This document shows positions 26,188 to 38,427 of a stretch of DNA of 64,000 nucleotides, one piece after another; positions within the stretch are counted from its first letter, which is position 1, and every line of letters starts with the position of its first letter. The notes below the pieces were generated by a model that had not been told where the DNA came from, searched no databases, and was given only the letters and a program-made list of their open reading frames with translations. The translations under genes were made by a program, and so were the position numbers. The stretch is from Mustelus asterias (taxonomy: Eukaryota): NCBI RefSeq assembly GCF_964213995.1, contig NC_135808.1, positions 24,552,001-24,616,000 on the forward strand, written 5' to 3'.

Positions 26188-27151
26188 TAAAACCTATCAG
26201 ACCCCCAAACACCAGCAAAACCCATCAGATCCCCAAACACCAGCTAAACCCATCAGACTCCTTAACATCAGTTAAACCCATCAGACCCCCAAACACCAGC
26301 AAAACCCATCAGACCCCCAAACAACAGCTAAACCCATCAGAATCCCAAACACCAGCTCAACCCATCAGGACCCCAAACACCAGCTAACCCCATCAGAGCC
26401 GCAAACACCAGCTAAACCCAATAGAGCACCAAACACCAGCTAATCCCATCAGACCACCAAACACCAGCTTAAATCATCAGACCCCCAAACACCAGCAAAA
26501 CCCATCAGACCCCCAAACACAAGCTAAACCCATCAGACCCCCAAACACCAGCAAAACCCATCAGACCCCCAAACAACAGCTAAACCCATCAGAACCCCAA
26601 ACACCAGCTAAATCCATCAGGACCCCAAACACCAGCTAAACCCATCAGAGCCGCAAACACCAGCTAAACCCAATAGAGCACCAAACACCAGCTAATCCCA
26701 TCAGACCACCAAACACCAGCTTAACTCCTAAACTCTACTGCACACCCCAAGCATCCAGCTAATGATCAGACTCATCACAAAACACGACTAAAATAAAAAC
26801 CTGTGGGAGCGGCACAGCTCAGTGACCAACTTCAGGGAAAAGTCTGGGAGTTACAAATTCCTTCAGGAAATTGAGCAGCTCAGAGGAGGCTGTCCAGGGT
26901 GAGATGTTTCCGGATGTCTCTACAGGTCAAAACCCACAATGTCTCCACCCTCAGACTGTACAGGAGCAGCCGTCTCCAGAAGGCCAGTCTCAAAGCTCAG
27001 TGTTGGATTGGATGAGCTGCTCTTTAGTGACGATGCAGCGAGAGACAGACACTGAGCTCACATCCCACCCACCCGATTGTACAGCTAAATCCAGCGGGAA
27101 TATCCCAGTTAGAAGGATCAGCTCCCAATATTTATCAACACAGTTCATACC

Positions 27152-30100
27152 TCAGGTACTTGTGGAGGGTCTGGGTGAGGAATCCCCATCATCAGAAGCT
27201 GTTAAAGGAAGAAGAGGTGTTAAAACATTGTTCAACATCAGAGAGACAGAGGCAGAGACTGTGGATATGATAAAGAGAGAATGAGAGAGACAAAGACAGA
27301 CAGACACAGAGGAAGAGGTTCTCACACACCCATACTAACGGTGACACACAGAAGCCCACACACCCACACACAAACGCACGATGCACGCACACGCGCACAC
27401 ACACACACACGCTATATTTGAAACAGAATGAACAATAATGTACACAGTGGCACAGGGACAATGTTTGATGATCAGCTTACTATTTGCAGGATTGTAGTCA
27501 CTCTTCCCTCTCCCTGTAAAACATGGAATGCTCAGTGAGTGACGAGACTGAGAGAAAATCAGAGACAGAGGCTGGAACTCTCGCTCGTACTGAGCCCCTA
27601 CAACACAATTCTGAACCCTCACTCCCACCACAACCCGAGACCCTCACTCCCACCCTGACCCTGGACCCTCACTCCCACCCTGACCCTAGACCCTCACTCT
27701 TAGCTGAGCCCTCACTGATACCCTGAACTCCTCATCCAATTTGAGACCCTTCCCACAATTCTGACACTCCCCCTTTATCATGAGCTCCTAACTGTCCCTG
27801 TCCCCACCCTGCAGCTCTTCCACCCACCCACCACCCCCCCCTCCCCACCCCCACACCAACCTGCGACCCACAGCCTGAGCCACCGACACCCTGGAATACT
27901 CTCCCAGAATCCCTGCCCCCAGTGAGCTGTCATCCGGTGGATCTGACATCCATCATTATGAAATGATTCGAAAGGCTAGTCATGGCACGAATCAATTCCA
28001 GCCTCCCGGACTGCCTGGATCCACTACAGTTCACCCACCGCTCTTTTCCCTCCAATTCCTACCTTTCTTGTTGTAGATGACGACAGCCACAATGATGAGA
28101 GTGATGAGCACGAGGACCCCGACCACAATCCCGACAGTAACAGCAACCTGGGAGCGAGACTTTGGTTCTGTTAGAGAGAGAGAATCAGAGAGACTGAGTG
28201 AATCAGGGAGAGGGAAAAGTGAGAATCAGAGAGAGAGAATGTGAGAGACTGAGTGAATCAGGGAGAGGGATAAGTGTACATCAGAGGGAGACAGAGTGGG
28301 AGAGAATAGGAGACAGTGGGAGAGATAGGAAGAGAAGAGTGGAAGAGAATACGAGAGCGATGGAGAGAGAATGAATCGGAGAGAAAGAAAAAAATCAGAG
28401 AGCGAGAGAGAGAATTAGGAAACACAGGATATACGACACAGAAAACAACCTTTCAGCCCATCCAGCTGATGCTGGTGTTAATGTTCCACCTGAACCTCTT
28501 CCCGTCTTTCCACATCTAATTCCACCATCTTAACTACCTATTCCCTTCTCTCTCAGTGACTTGTCTATCTTCCCCTTAAACTATACTGTTCAGTTCAGCC
28601 ACTCCCTGTGGCAGCGAGCCCCACATTCTCATCACTCTTTGGGTGAAGAGGTTTCATGAATTCCCCACTGGGTTTCTTGGTGAGTATCTTGTATTGATGA
28701 CCTCTTGTTACGATCTTCCCACAAGAGGAGACATTATCTCTGTATCCTGTCTATGAAAACCTTTCAGAATTTTAAATCCTCGATTAGGTCAACCCTCAGC
28801 CTTCTGTTTTCCCGAGAGCAGAGACCCAGCCGGTCAATCCTTTCCTGAGATGTCCACCCACTCATTTCTGGAATCATCTCTGTAAATCTTCTCGACACTC
28901 TCTCCCCTGACTCTATATCCTTTGTATGAAATGGTGACTGGAACTGCACACAATCTCTAAATGTGGTCTAACCAATTTTGATAAAGGTTTAGCAATAACT
29001 TACAATTGTACAAATTGTAATTACTAATGTACAATTCTATCGCTCGAGAAATGAAACCTGGTTTTCTGTTTGTTTTGTTTATAGCCTTGTCTAACCTGTT
29101 ACTGATTGGTGTATTTATCCACCCAGATCCCTTTGTTCCTCAATCCCATCCAGACTGACACCTTCCTCGTAATAAGTGACCTCCTTATCCATCCTTAACA
29201 GAAAACTACCTCACGTTTATCTGTGCTGAACTCCAGACACCAATTATTTGCCCATTCTACAATTTTATTAATGTCCTACGAATTACCTGCAGTTCTCCTC
29301 AATATCAAATAATTCCCCCAATTTGGTGCCATCTGCAAATTAAGAAATGGTATTTTTGATTCCAATATCCAAGTTATGGAGTGTAAGTTGTGAACAGCGA
29401 TGATCCCAGCACTGATCCTTGTGGGACACCATTTCCCACCTTCCGTCACTCTGAATAACTCCCTTTACTCACACTCTCTGCTTTCTGTCTCAAAGTCAGT
29501 GAGTGATCCATTCTGTCACTTATCCCTAACTCCACATTCTCTGACCTTATCCATTCGTCTATCACCAGTCACCTTATCGATTTCATTTGAAAAATCATAT
29601 TAAATTACATCCATTACATTACCATTGACTCCTCCCTCTGTTACATCCTCACAAAATTCACAAAGTGGAGTAAAATAAGATTTTCCATTTCAAAATCCAT
29701 GCTGATGATTCATTGTTATGTTATTTGATTTCTAGATTTTCATGAATTCTCTCCAATAGAAGGAGTTCCATTATTTTTCTGAAACTCTGATTTAATCTGA
29801 CTGAAGTAAACTTCCAGGATGCACTGGGCTTTGTTGTACTGTAATATCCCAGGATGCACCGGGCACTGTTGTACTGTAATAATGATGTGGAGCTGCCAGT
29901 GTTGGACTGGGGTAAGCACAGTAAGAAGTCTCACAACACCAGGTTAAAGTCCAACAGGTAGCAGAAGCCACAAGCTTTCGGAGCACTGCCCCTTCATCAG
30001 GTGAGTGGGAGTTTTGTTCACAAACAGGGCATATAAAGACACAAACTCAATTTACAAAATAATGGTTGGAATGCAAGTCTTTACAGCTAATCAAGTCTTA

Positions 30101-33100
30101 AAGGTACAGACAATGTGAGTGGAGAGAGGGTTAAGCACAGGTTAAAGAGATGTGTATTGTCTCCAGCCAGGACAGTTAGTGAGATTTTGCAAGCCCAGGC
30201 AAGTCGTGGGGGTCACAGATAGTGTGACATGAACCCAAAGTCCTGGTTGAGGCTGTCCTCATATGTGAGGAACTTGGCTATCAGTTTTTGCTCAGCGATT
30301 CTGCGTTGTCATGTGTTGTGAAGGCCGCCTTGGAGAACGCTTACTCGAAGATCGGAGGCTGAATGCCCGTGACTGCTGAAGTGTTCCCCAACAGGAAGAG
30401 AATACTCCTGCCTGGTGATTCTCGAGTGGTGTTCATTCATCTGTTATCGTACCGTCTGCATGGTCTCCCCAATGTACAATGTCTCGAGACATCCTTTCCT
30501 GCAATGTATCAGGTAGACAACGTTGGCCGAGTTGCAAGTGTATGTACCGCGTACCTGGTGGATGATGTTCTCACGTGAGATGATGGCATCCGTGTCGATG
30601 ATCCGGCACATCTTGCAGAGATTGCTGTGGCAGGGTTGTGTGGTGTCGTGGTCACTGTTCTCCTGAAGGCTGGGTAGTTTGCTGCGGACAATGGTCTGTT
30701 TGAGGTTGTGCAGTTGTTTGAAGGCAACTGAGCAGACCCTGTGTATATGGAGGGCCTGTCTGTAGGGGATGGCTTCTTTAACGTGTTTAGGGTGGAAGCT
30801 GGGGAAGTGGAGCATCGTGAGGTTATCCGTGGGCTTGCGGTACAGTGAAGTGCTGAGGTGACCGTCCTTGATGGAGATGCGTGTGTCCAAGAGTGCAAGC
30901 AATTCTGGAGAGAAGTCCATGGTGAGTCTGATGGTGGGATAGAACTTGTTGATGACATCATATCGTTGTTTCAGTGACTGTTCGCCATGAGTCCAAAGGA
31001 AGAAAATGTCATCGATGTATTTAGTGTATAGCGTTGGTTGAAGGTCCTGAGCATTCCACGATGCTCCACTTCTCCAGCTTCCACCCTAAACACGTTAAAG
31101 CAGCCATCCCCTCTGGACAAGCCCTCCGTATTCACAGGATCTGCTCAGATGAGGAGGATCGCAACAGACACCTCCAGACGCTGAAAGATGCCCTCATAAG
31201 GATAGGATATGGTGCTCGACTAATTGATCGACAGTTCCGATGCGCCACAGCGAAAAACCGCACCGACCTCCTCAGAAGACAAACACGGGACACGGCGGAC
31301 AAAGTATCCTTCGTCGTCCAGTACTTCCCCGGAGTGGAGAAGCTACGACATCTTCTCCGGAGCCTTCAACATGTCATCGATGAAGACGAACATCTTGCCA
31401 AGGCCATCCCCACACCCCCACTTCTTGCCTTCAAACAACCACACAACCTCAAACAGACCATTGTCCGCATCAAACTACCCAGCCTTCAGGAGAACAGTGA
31501 CCACGACACCACACAACCCTGCCACAGCACCTCTGCAAGATGCGGATGCCATCATCTCACGTGAGAACACCATCCACCAGGTACACGGTACATACACTTT
31601 CAACTCGGCCAATGTTGTCTACCTGATACGTTGCAGGAAAGGATGTCCCGAGGCATGGTACATTGGGGAAACCATGCAGACACTGCGACAACAGATGAAT
31701 GAACACCGCTCGACAATCACCAGGCAAGAGTGTTCTCTTCCTGTTGGGGAACACTTCAGCAGTCACGGGCATTCTGCCTCTGATATTCGGGTAAGCGTTC
31801 TCCAAGGCGGCCTTCACGACACACGACAACGCAGAATTGCTGAGCACAGACTGATAGCCAAGTTCCGCACACATGAGGACGGCCTCAACCGGGACCTTGG
31901 GTTCATGTCACACTATCTGTGAGCCCCACGACTTGCCTGGGCTTGCAAAATCTCATTAACTGTCCTGGCTGGAGACAATACACATCCCTTTAACCTGTGC
32001 TTAACACTCTCTCCACTCAAATTGTCTGTACCTTTAAGATTTGATTACCTGTAAAGACTCGCATTTCAACCATTATTTTGTAAATTGAGTTTCTGTCTTT
32101 ATATGCCCTGTTTGTGAACAGAACTCCCACTCACCTGGCGAAGGAGCAGTGCTCTGAAAGCAAGTGGCTTCTGCTACCAAATAAACCTGTTGGACTTTAA
32201 CCTGGTGTTGTGAGACTTCTTACTGTGTTTACCCCAGTCCAACACCGGCATCTCCACATCATGACTACCGTAATATCCCATGATACACTGTATTATACTG
32301 TGATATCCCAGGTTACTCTGGGCCTTGTCATTCTGTAGTTTCCCAGGACTCAATGGGGCATGTTTCATATCAAATCCTCGACGTACAATTAATTTGCACT
32401 AATGGCCATTGTATATTATGCATGGAAAATTAATATTTATTTCCCTCTCTCTGTATCTGGGCTGACAGCTCAGCACTGACCCTCCCCTCCTGTGATCCTG
32501 GTCTGAGGCTGGGTCCTCTCTAACAGTGAGAAACAGTCTTACCGTAAATCACCACCAGTGTCTCCTTCACCCCGCTGTGTTCCACCCGACAGGAATACTC
32601 GGCCTGGTCCTCTGGATCAAACTCGACCCATTTCCGGATCTGGTAGGTGCTGTCGGGATTGGGTAAGATCCCACTGGACAGAGTCTCATCAATCACCACT
32701 CCGTCTCTCCACAGATTCACCTCGATGGGTTGAGGGTAAAACCCGGTGACGGCACAGGACAGCCGGGTAGAATCACCCAGACGGGTAAAGGACACGACGG
32801 GGGCAACTGAGAGAGAAAGAAAGAGGAGTCAGTACAGGAACCTCGAGATAGAGAGTCCCGGCATCACCCCCTTCACCGACTCTCACCCCCCCCTCACTCA
32901 CCGATTCTCACACCCCCCCTCACTCACCGACTCTCACTCCCCCCTCACTCACCGACTCTCACTCCCCCCTCACTCACCGACTCTCACTCCCCCCTCACTC
33001 ACCGACTCTCACTCCCCCCTCACTCACCGACTCTCACTCCCCCTCACTCACCGACTCTCACTCCCCCCTCACTCACCGACTCTCCCTCCCCCTCACTCAC

Positions 33101-36100
33101 CGACTCTCACTCCCCCCTCACTCACCGACTCTCACTCCCCCCTCACTCAGCGACTCTCACTCCCCCCTCACTCACCGACTCTCCCTCCCCCTCACTCACC
33201 GACTCTCCCTCCCCCTCACTCACCGACTCTCACTCCCTCCTCACTCACCGACTCTCAGTAGTTTTTGTCCATATTTCAGATATTTCCTCAGCCATTCGAT
33301 ACACTCCCCCTCCAGGTAATGTTTAAATCGCCTTTTGACGATGACATCCTGATCCCAGATGTTTTTGATGCTCTCCCCCCAGGGGACCGGAGTCACCCAC
33401 ACCATGTGATCCTTGTCGAAGCTGATAAAATCTTGTCCATTCCACGCGTACTGGTTGAATCCACTTGTGGTCCCATCATCGCTCAGTTCACAGCCAGTCA
33501 TCATCTGGAAGACATGGATCCCTGTGGATCAGAAAAAACAAACAGCCAATCAGTGCCAGTCCCAATGGGAGATCCCACCTCCACAGCCAATCATAGCCAG
33601 TCCCACTGATTGGCCCCACCCTCTGTAGAAACAGCGAATCAAATCCAGCTACACTGAGAGGCGCTTCCCACTCGATAGTAGACTGCCAATCAGAGCCAGT
33701 TACACAGAGCGGGCCCATGTCCGACATGCACATCCAATCAGAGCCAGTCTCACTTGGACATAATCCCTCCACACACACACACACACACAGCCAATCGCAT
33801 TTACTGTCACATCTCCAATCGCAGCCAATCAGCCTCTGGCTCCCAGCTCCTGATCCACTCTGGGTTTCTCTTCATTACAAGCTGGACGCCGAGAGCCAGG
33901 TCTGACAAAGTGTCATCCAGACCTGAAAGGTTAGCTCTGTTCTCTCTCCACAGATGCTGTCAGACCTGCTGAGGTTTTCCAGCATTTTCTGTTTTGGATT
34001 CAGATTCCAGCATCCGCAGTATTCTGCTTTTATATATGGGGCAGAGTGAGGACTCACCTCCTGTCTGGTTGGTCCGGGACATGAGGGTCGGAATACTAGT
34101 TTTGAAATGCATCTCCCCCTCCCGTACGAGCATCATCTTCTGCTCCCAAAACTCAGACCCATCGCCCTCCACCATCCACCGCTCCGGGTGAATCACCTCC
34201 TTCCGATCACTGTCATATGTCACAAACTGGATATCGTCCACATAACCGACAACCACAAACTCCGGGAAACCCGGGATCGGAGTCATTCCCGTGAGGAAAT
34301 ACCGGAGAGAGTGAGAGCCTGAAATATAGAGAAAGAGAGAGACATCAGGGTGTGAACCCCAAAACACCAACACCCAGAGAGAGAGAGACATCAGGGTGTG
34401 AACCCCAACATACCAACACCCAGAGAGTGAGAGACATCAGGGTGTGAACCCAAAACACCAACACCCAGAGAGAGAGACATCAGGGTGTGAACCCCAAAAC
34501 CCAACACCCAGAGAGAGAGAGAGAGACATCAGGGTGTGAACCCCAAAACACCAACACCCAGAGAGAGAGAGAGAGACATCAGGGTGTGAACCCCAAAACA
34601 CCAACACCCAGAGAGAAAGAGAGAGACATCAGGGTGTGAACACCAGAACCAGAGCGTTGTGCCCCATTGACCTGGTAAAATCCACCTCACTGATATTTGT
34701 GTCAAAATTGGAGAACTCTTCAACAATCTGGTGAAGCAACAGTCTGACAGAGTTATACTCACTGTGACACACGATGTGAAAGGTCGCAACCACCCTCCCC
34801 ATCCCTGGTTATGGCCTATCTCACTGGCAGGGTGAACCCGGGGATGACCTGTCTCAGTGGCAGGCTGTTTCCAGGGATGACCTGTCTCACTGGCAGCGTG
34901 TATCCGGGGATGACCTGTCTCACTGGCAGCGTGTATCCGGGAATGATCTGTCTCACTGGCAGGGTGTATCCGGGGATGACCTGTCTCACTGGCAGGGTGG
35001 ATCTGGGTGTGACCTGTCTCACTGACATGGTGTTTCCGGGGATGACCTGTCAAAGTGGCAGGGTGGATCTGGGTGTGAGCTGTCTCACTGGCAGGGTGTA
35101 TCCGGGAATGACCTGTCAAAGTGGCAGGGTGGATCTGGGTGTGAGCTGTCTCACTGGCAGGGTGTATCCGGGGATGACCTGTCTCACTGGCAGGGTGGAT
35201 CTGGGTGTGAGCTGTCTCACTGGCAGTGTGTATCCGGGGATGACCTGTCTCACTGGCAGGGTGGATCTGGGTATGACCTGTCTCACTGGCAGGGTGGACC
35301 CACCACATGCTTTGGCACAGTAATCTTCACTGGGAATGGCGTTCCCCTTAGAAACGTTTCTGGACCCGATGAGGTCTCAGGTATTCAGTCAAACTTCGGC
35401 AGCAAAACCTCTATTTGATTGTTACCGAAAATCCTCCCCCAGCTGAGGAATCAGTATCTCTCCATGTTCAACACTCCTTGGAAAAAACACTAAGGGAGAT
35501 GAGGACTCAGACTCTACTCTGGGTGGGGCTTGAATGTCCTTCCCTCAGAGTGACTCAGGAATATAACTGCAGACTGAGCAGTCCGAGTCCGGAATGATAC
35601 ATCTGTGACTTAGCCTGTGGCCTTTCCTGTGAAAATAAGGAGTGTGATGCCTCTGTAGTTGTCGCAGGCTCCTCGATTAGTCTTCTCTGCAGCATATTTT
35701 CTGTAAACAGTGTGATGGAACTCAGTCTATTTTCCAGCAGAGGGAGCTGCTCATAAAGGTGTGGGAATTGATGGCTCTTTTCCTGCTGGGATTCCATTCT
35801 TGCCAAGAGCCTTTCCGTTCACTAAGCAGCCTAACCAGCCTTCTCAAGCTCAAGTGGTGAAATCAAGTGAACACTATTCCTTGAGCTGTCAACAAAAGTG
35901 AGGTTAGCACTGCTGCCTCACAGCGCCAGGGACCCAGTTTCAATTCTGGCCTTGGGTGACTGTCCCTGTGGAGTTTGCACATTCTCTCCGTGGGTGTGGT
36001 TAAGATATTCTGTCAGAGGGTTGGTGGAGACTCAATGGGTTCCTTCTGCACTGTCGGGATTCTCTGATTCTTCCTCTAACTCATTCACCACAGGAAACTG

Positions 36101-36520
36101 TGGGAGAATATCTAGGGGGTGGACTGGGAGATGGACTGGGAGCAACTTTGGTGAGGGCAGAGACATGAACCTTCTTGATCCTTCCTGCACAGCTCACAGG
36201 TTGCTATTGTCACAGGAAGTTTAGATTTCTTGATGCACGTGGTGTATTCCTCCAAACCCTCCCTCTCTCGGTCTCTCTCTTAACTCTCCAGCCTCATGTC
36301 CCTGCCCTTATTTCCCTCACAATCTACAATTTTGCTCCTTCTACAGACCCAGTACCCAGTCAGATATTGTTCCTCTCACACCCCATCACTCACTGACCCA
36401 GGGTTAATGCTCCAGTACCCAGCCTGGCATTGCCCCTCTCACACCACATCGCTCACCTGCAGACACCTCTCCACACAGAAGGACCAACTCTATCAGTCCA
36501 ATCATTGTTGCTTCCCTCAT
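27152..36520 (-). CDS. MHC class I heavy chain, nonclassical-looking (copy B); join(36520-36457,34318-34058,33521-33249,32806-32543,28167-28063,27513-27481,27198-27152), 348 aa
   Basis: Seven GT-AG exons of 64/261/273/264/105/33/47 nt, all phase 1, giving an open frame. Motifs: GSHSLRYF, N86 sequon NQT, alpha2 Cys pair, Ig-C1 alpha3 (LSCAVTGFYP...YSCRVEH), hydrophobic TM, tail GRGKSDYNPANTSDDGDSSPRPSTST*. Confidence 0.92.
27929..28039 (+). mobile_element. About 111-bp internal Rex/Babar-like RT fragment in intron 5 of B; also 63886-63996 (minus) in D
   Basis: Translates HPVDLTSIIMK*FERLVMARINSSLPDCLDPLQF. Confidence 0.65.
28063..28167 (-). CDS. Copy B exon 5 (connecting peptide + TM)
   Basis: EPKSRSQVAVTVGIVVGVLVLITLIIVAVVIYNKK. 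Confidence 0.88.
29882..32262. mobile_element. Penelope-like retroelement, two divergently oriented halves forming a long inverted repeat, in intron 4 of copy B
   Basis: RT YIDD motif on the minus strand near 31010; GIY-YIG endonuclease (NVVYLIRC...WYIGET...RQQMNEH) on plus in 31224-31922 and on minus in 30444-30920; inverted termini ATGATGTGGAG...CTCCACATCAT. Confidence 0.9.
29968..30004 (-). ncRNA. Minimal hammerhead ribozyme motif
   Basis: TCAC-CTGATGA-A-GGGGC-AGT-GCTCC-GAAA-GC-TT-GTGG. Confidence 0.68.
32543..32806 (-). CDS. Copy B exon 4 (alpha3, Ig C1)
   Basis: VAPVVSFTRLGDSTRLSCAVTGFYPQP...YSCRVEHSG. Confidence 0.92.
33249..33521 (-). CDS. Copy B exon 3 (alpha2)
   Basis: IHVFQMMTGCELSDDG...ECIEWLRKYLKYGQKLLRV. 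Confidence 0.92.
34058..34318 (-). CDS. Copy B exon 2 (alpha1)
   Basis: GSHSLRYFLTGMTPIPGFPEFVVVGYVDD...SRTNQTG; tttcag acceptor and gtgagt donor. Confidence 0.92.
34325..34650. repeat. About 45-bp tandem repeat at the 3' end of B intron 1
   Basis: Unit (ag)n-acatcagggtgtgaaccccaaaacaccaacaccc. Confidence 0.9.
34811..35300. repeat. 33-bp minisatellite in B intron 1
   Basis: Unit gatgacctgtctcactggcagggtgtatccggg. Confidence 0.9.
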
Positions 36521-36709
36521 GTTGGGAGAAACATTTGGAGGAAACTCTTTTTCAAAGAAAGGCCATTTTCCCAACTCACTCCTTCTGTCTTTTCCTGTTT
36601 GCACTGAGCCTCAATCCTATTTTGGAGCCAATCAGAATAAAGAGATTCAGTGAGTCATCAGTCTCCGGCAGAAAACAATTTCTCAAACAAGCTGCCTCAA
36701 TTACATTGT

Positions 36710-36751
36710 CCAATCAGGTAAATACAGCTGATGACATCATGAGTTGCCGGG
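36710..36751 (-). promoter_or_regulatory. X1-X2-Y (SXY-type) module upstream of copy B
   Basis: CCCGGCAACTCATG, overlapping TGATGTCA, 20-nt spacer, then CTGATTGG. Confidence 0.7.
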
Positions 36752-36801
36752 TAGAATCAGCTAAAAGAAATTTGATACAGTGACAGAGGGAAGGACATCA
36801 A

Positions 36802-37700
36802 GTCCCGGTAGCATCCGAGTAAATCTCTTCTGCACTCTTTCTAGTTTAATAATATCCTTTCTATAATAGGGTGACCAGAACTGTACACAGTATTCCAAGT
36901 GTGGTCTTACCAATGTCTTGTAGAACTTTAGCAAGTCCAAAGATGTGCGGGTTAGGTTGATTGGCCATGCTAAAATTGCCCCTTAGTGTCCTGAGATGTG
37001 TAGGTTAGAGGGATTAGTGGGTAAATATGTAGGGATATGGGGGCAGGGCCTGGGTGGGATTGTGGTCAGTGCAGAATCGATGGGCCGAATGGCCTCCTTC
37101 TGCACTGTAGGATTTCTTTGATTTCTATGACATCACAACTCCTGTATTCAATATTCTGACCGATGAAACCAAGCATGCCGAATGTCTTTTCACCACTAGG
37201 TCCACCTGTGACTTCACTTTCAAGGAGCTATGAACATGTACCCCCAGATCTCTTTGTTCTGTAACTCTCCCCAACGCCCTACCATTAACTGACTAAGTCC
37301 TGCCCTGGTTCGATCGACCAAAATGCATCACTGGCATTTATCTAAATTAAACTCCATCTGCCAATCATCAGCCCACTGGCCCAATTGATCAAGATCCCGC
37401 TGCAATCCTAGATAACCTTCTTCACTGTCCACTATGCCACCAATCTTGGTGTCATCTGCAAACTTATTAACCATGCCTACTAAATTCTCATCCAAATCAT
37501 TGATATAAATGACAAATAACAGTGGACCCAACACCGATCCCTGAGGCACATCACTGGTCACAGGCGTCCAGTTTGAAAAACAACCCTCTACAACTACCCT
37601 CTGTCTTCTGTCATCAAGCCAATTTTGTATCCATTTGGCTCCCTCACCCTGGATGCCGTGAGATTTAACCTTATGCAATAACCTACTGTGTGGTACCTTG
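36802..37700 (-). mobile_element. CR1-clade LINE fragment with a nested SINE half (36934-37128), at the junction of the two inverted arms
   Basis: ORF 37328-37723 contains DKVPH...VPQGSVLGP...FADDTK. Confidence 0.88.
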
Positions 37701-38427
37701 TCAATGGCCTGAAGGATGGACATGTATCAATTTAAAGGCCTTCTGGCAGGCTGGGCTCAGCAGAGTGATGTCTGTATGGGCCAGTGTGAATGCGCAGAAG
37801 GCCATATTGTGTTGGCAGGAGACAAAGTGTAACCCCACACTGACCCCCGTTACACCCCATCTGCCACCTTGCAGCCCATCCGGTTAACTTGTCCTAATCT
37901 CTTTGCAGCTGTCTATGTTCTCCATACAGTTTGCATTATTCCTCATATGTAAATCCCTCAGACCCGGGATCAACCGAGTGAACATGTTCTGGACTGCCTT
38001 CAACACCAGTACATCTTTCCTTATATAAGGGGACCAAAAATATTCACAGTATTCCAGATGTGGTGTAACTAGTCTTTAGCAAGACTTCCCTATTTTATAC
38101 TCCATTCCCTTTGAAATAAAGGCAAACATTCCATTTATCTTCCCTCATATCTGCTGAATTGGCGTGCTGGCTTTCTGTGATTTATGTATGAAGGCTCCGA
38201 CATTCTTCTGTGCTGCTCCTTTCTCCCTTCAAATTAAATTCAGCTCCTTTATTCTTCGTACCAAATGAATAACTTTACATTTTCTGACAGGATATTTCAC
38301 CCGCCAAATTTTTGCCCACTCACTGAACCTGATCCAGACTCGAAATGTTGGCTCACACTGAAGCAGGATTAGGAGAATTCATCAAGATCCCTATTAGTCA
38401 TCACCCGAATATAATCAGCAGCATGGA

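Noticed and set aside
33895-34030. Further hammerhead-like motifs (33900, 32135, 4736)
   Set aside because: Core nucleotides are mutated, so they are treated as decayed Penelope termini.
34529-35323. Overlapping ORFs on both strands with 11-aa repeats
   Set aside because: They come from a stop-free 33-bp minisatellite inside B intron 1, with no gene context.
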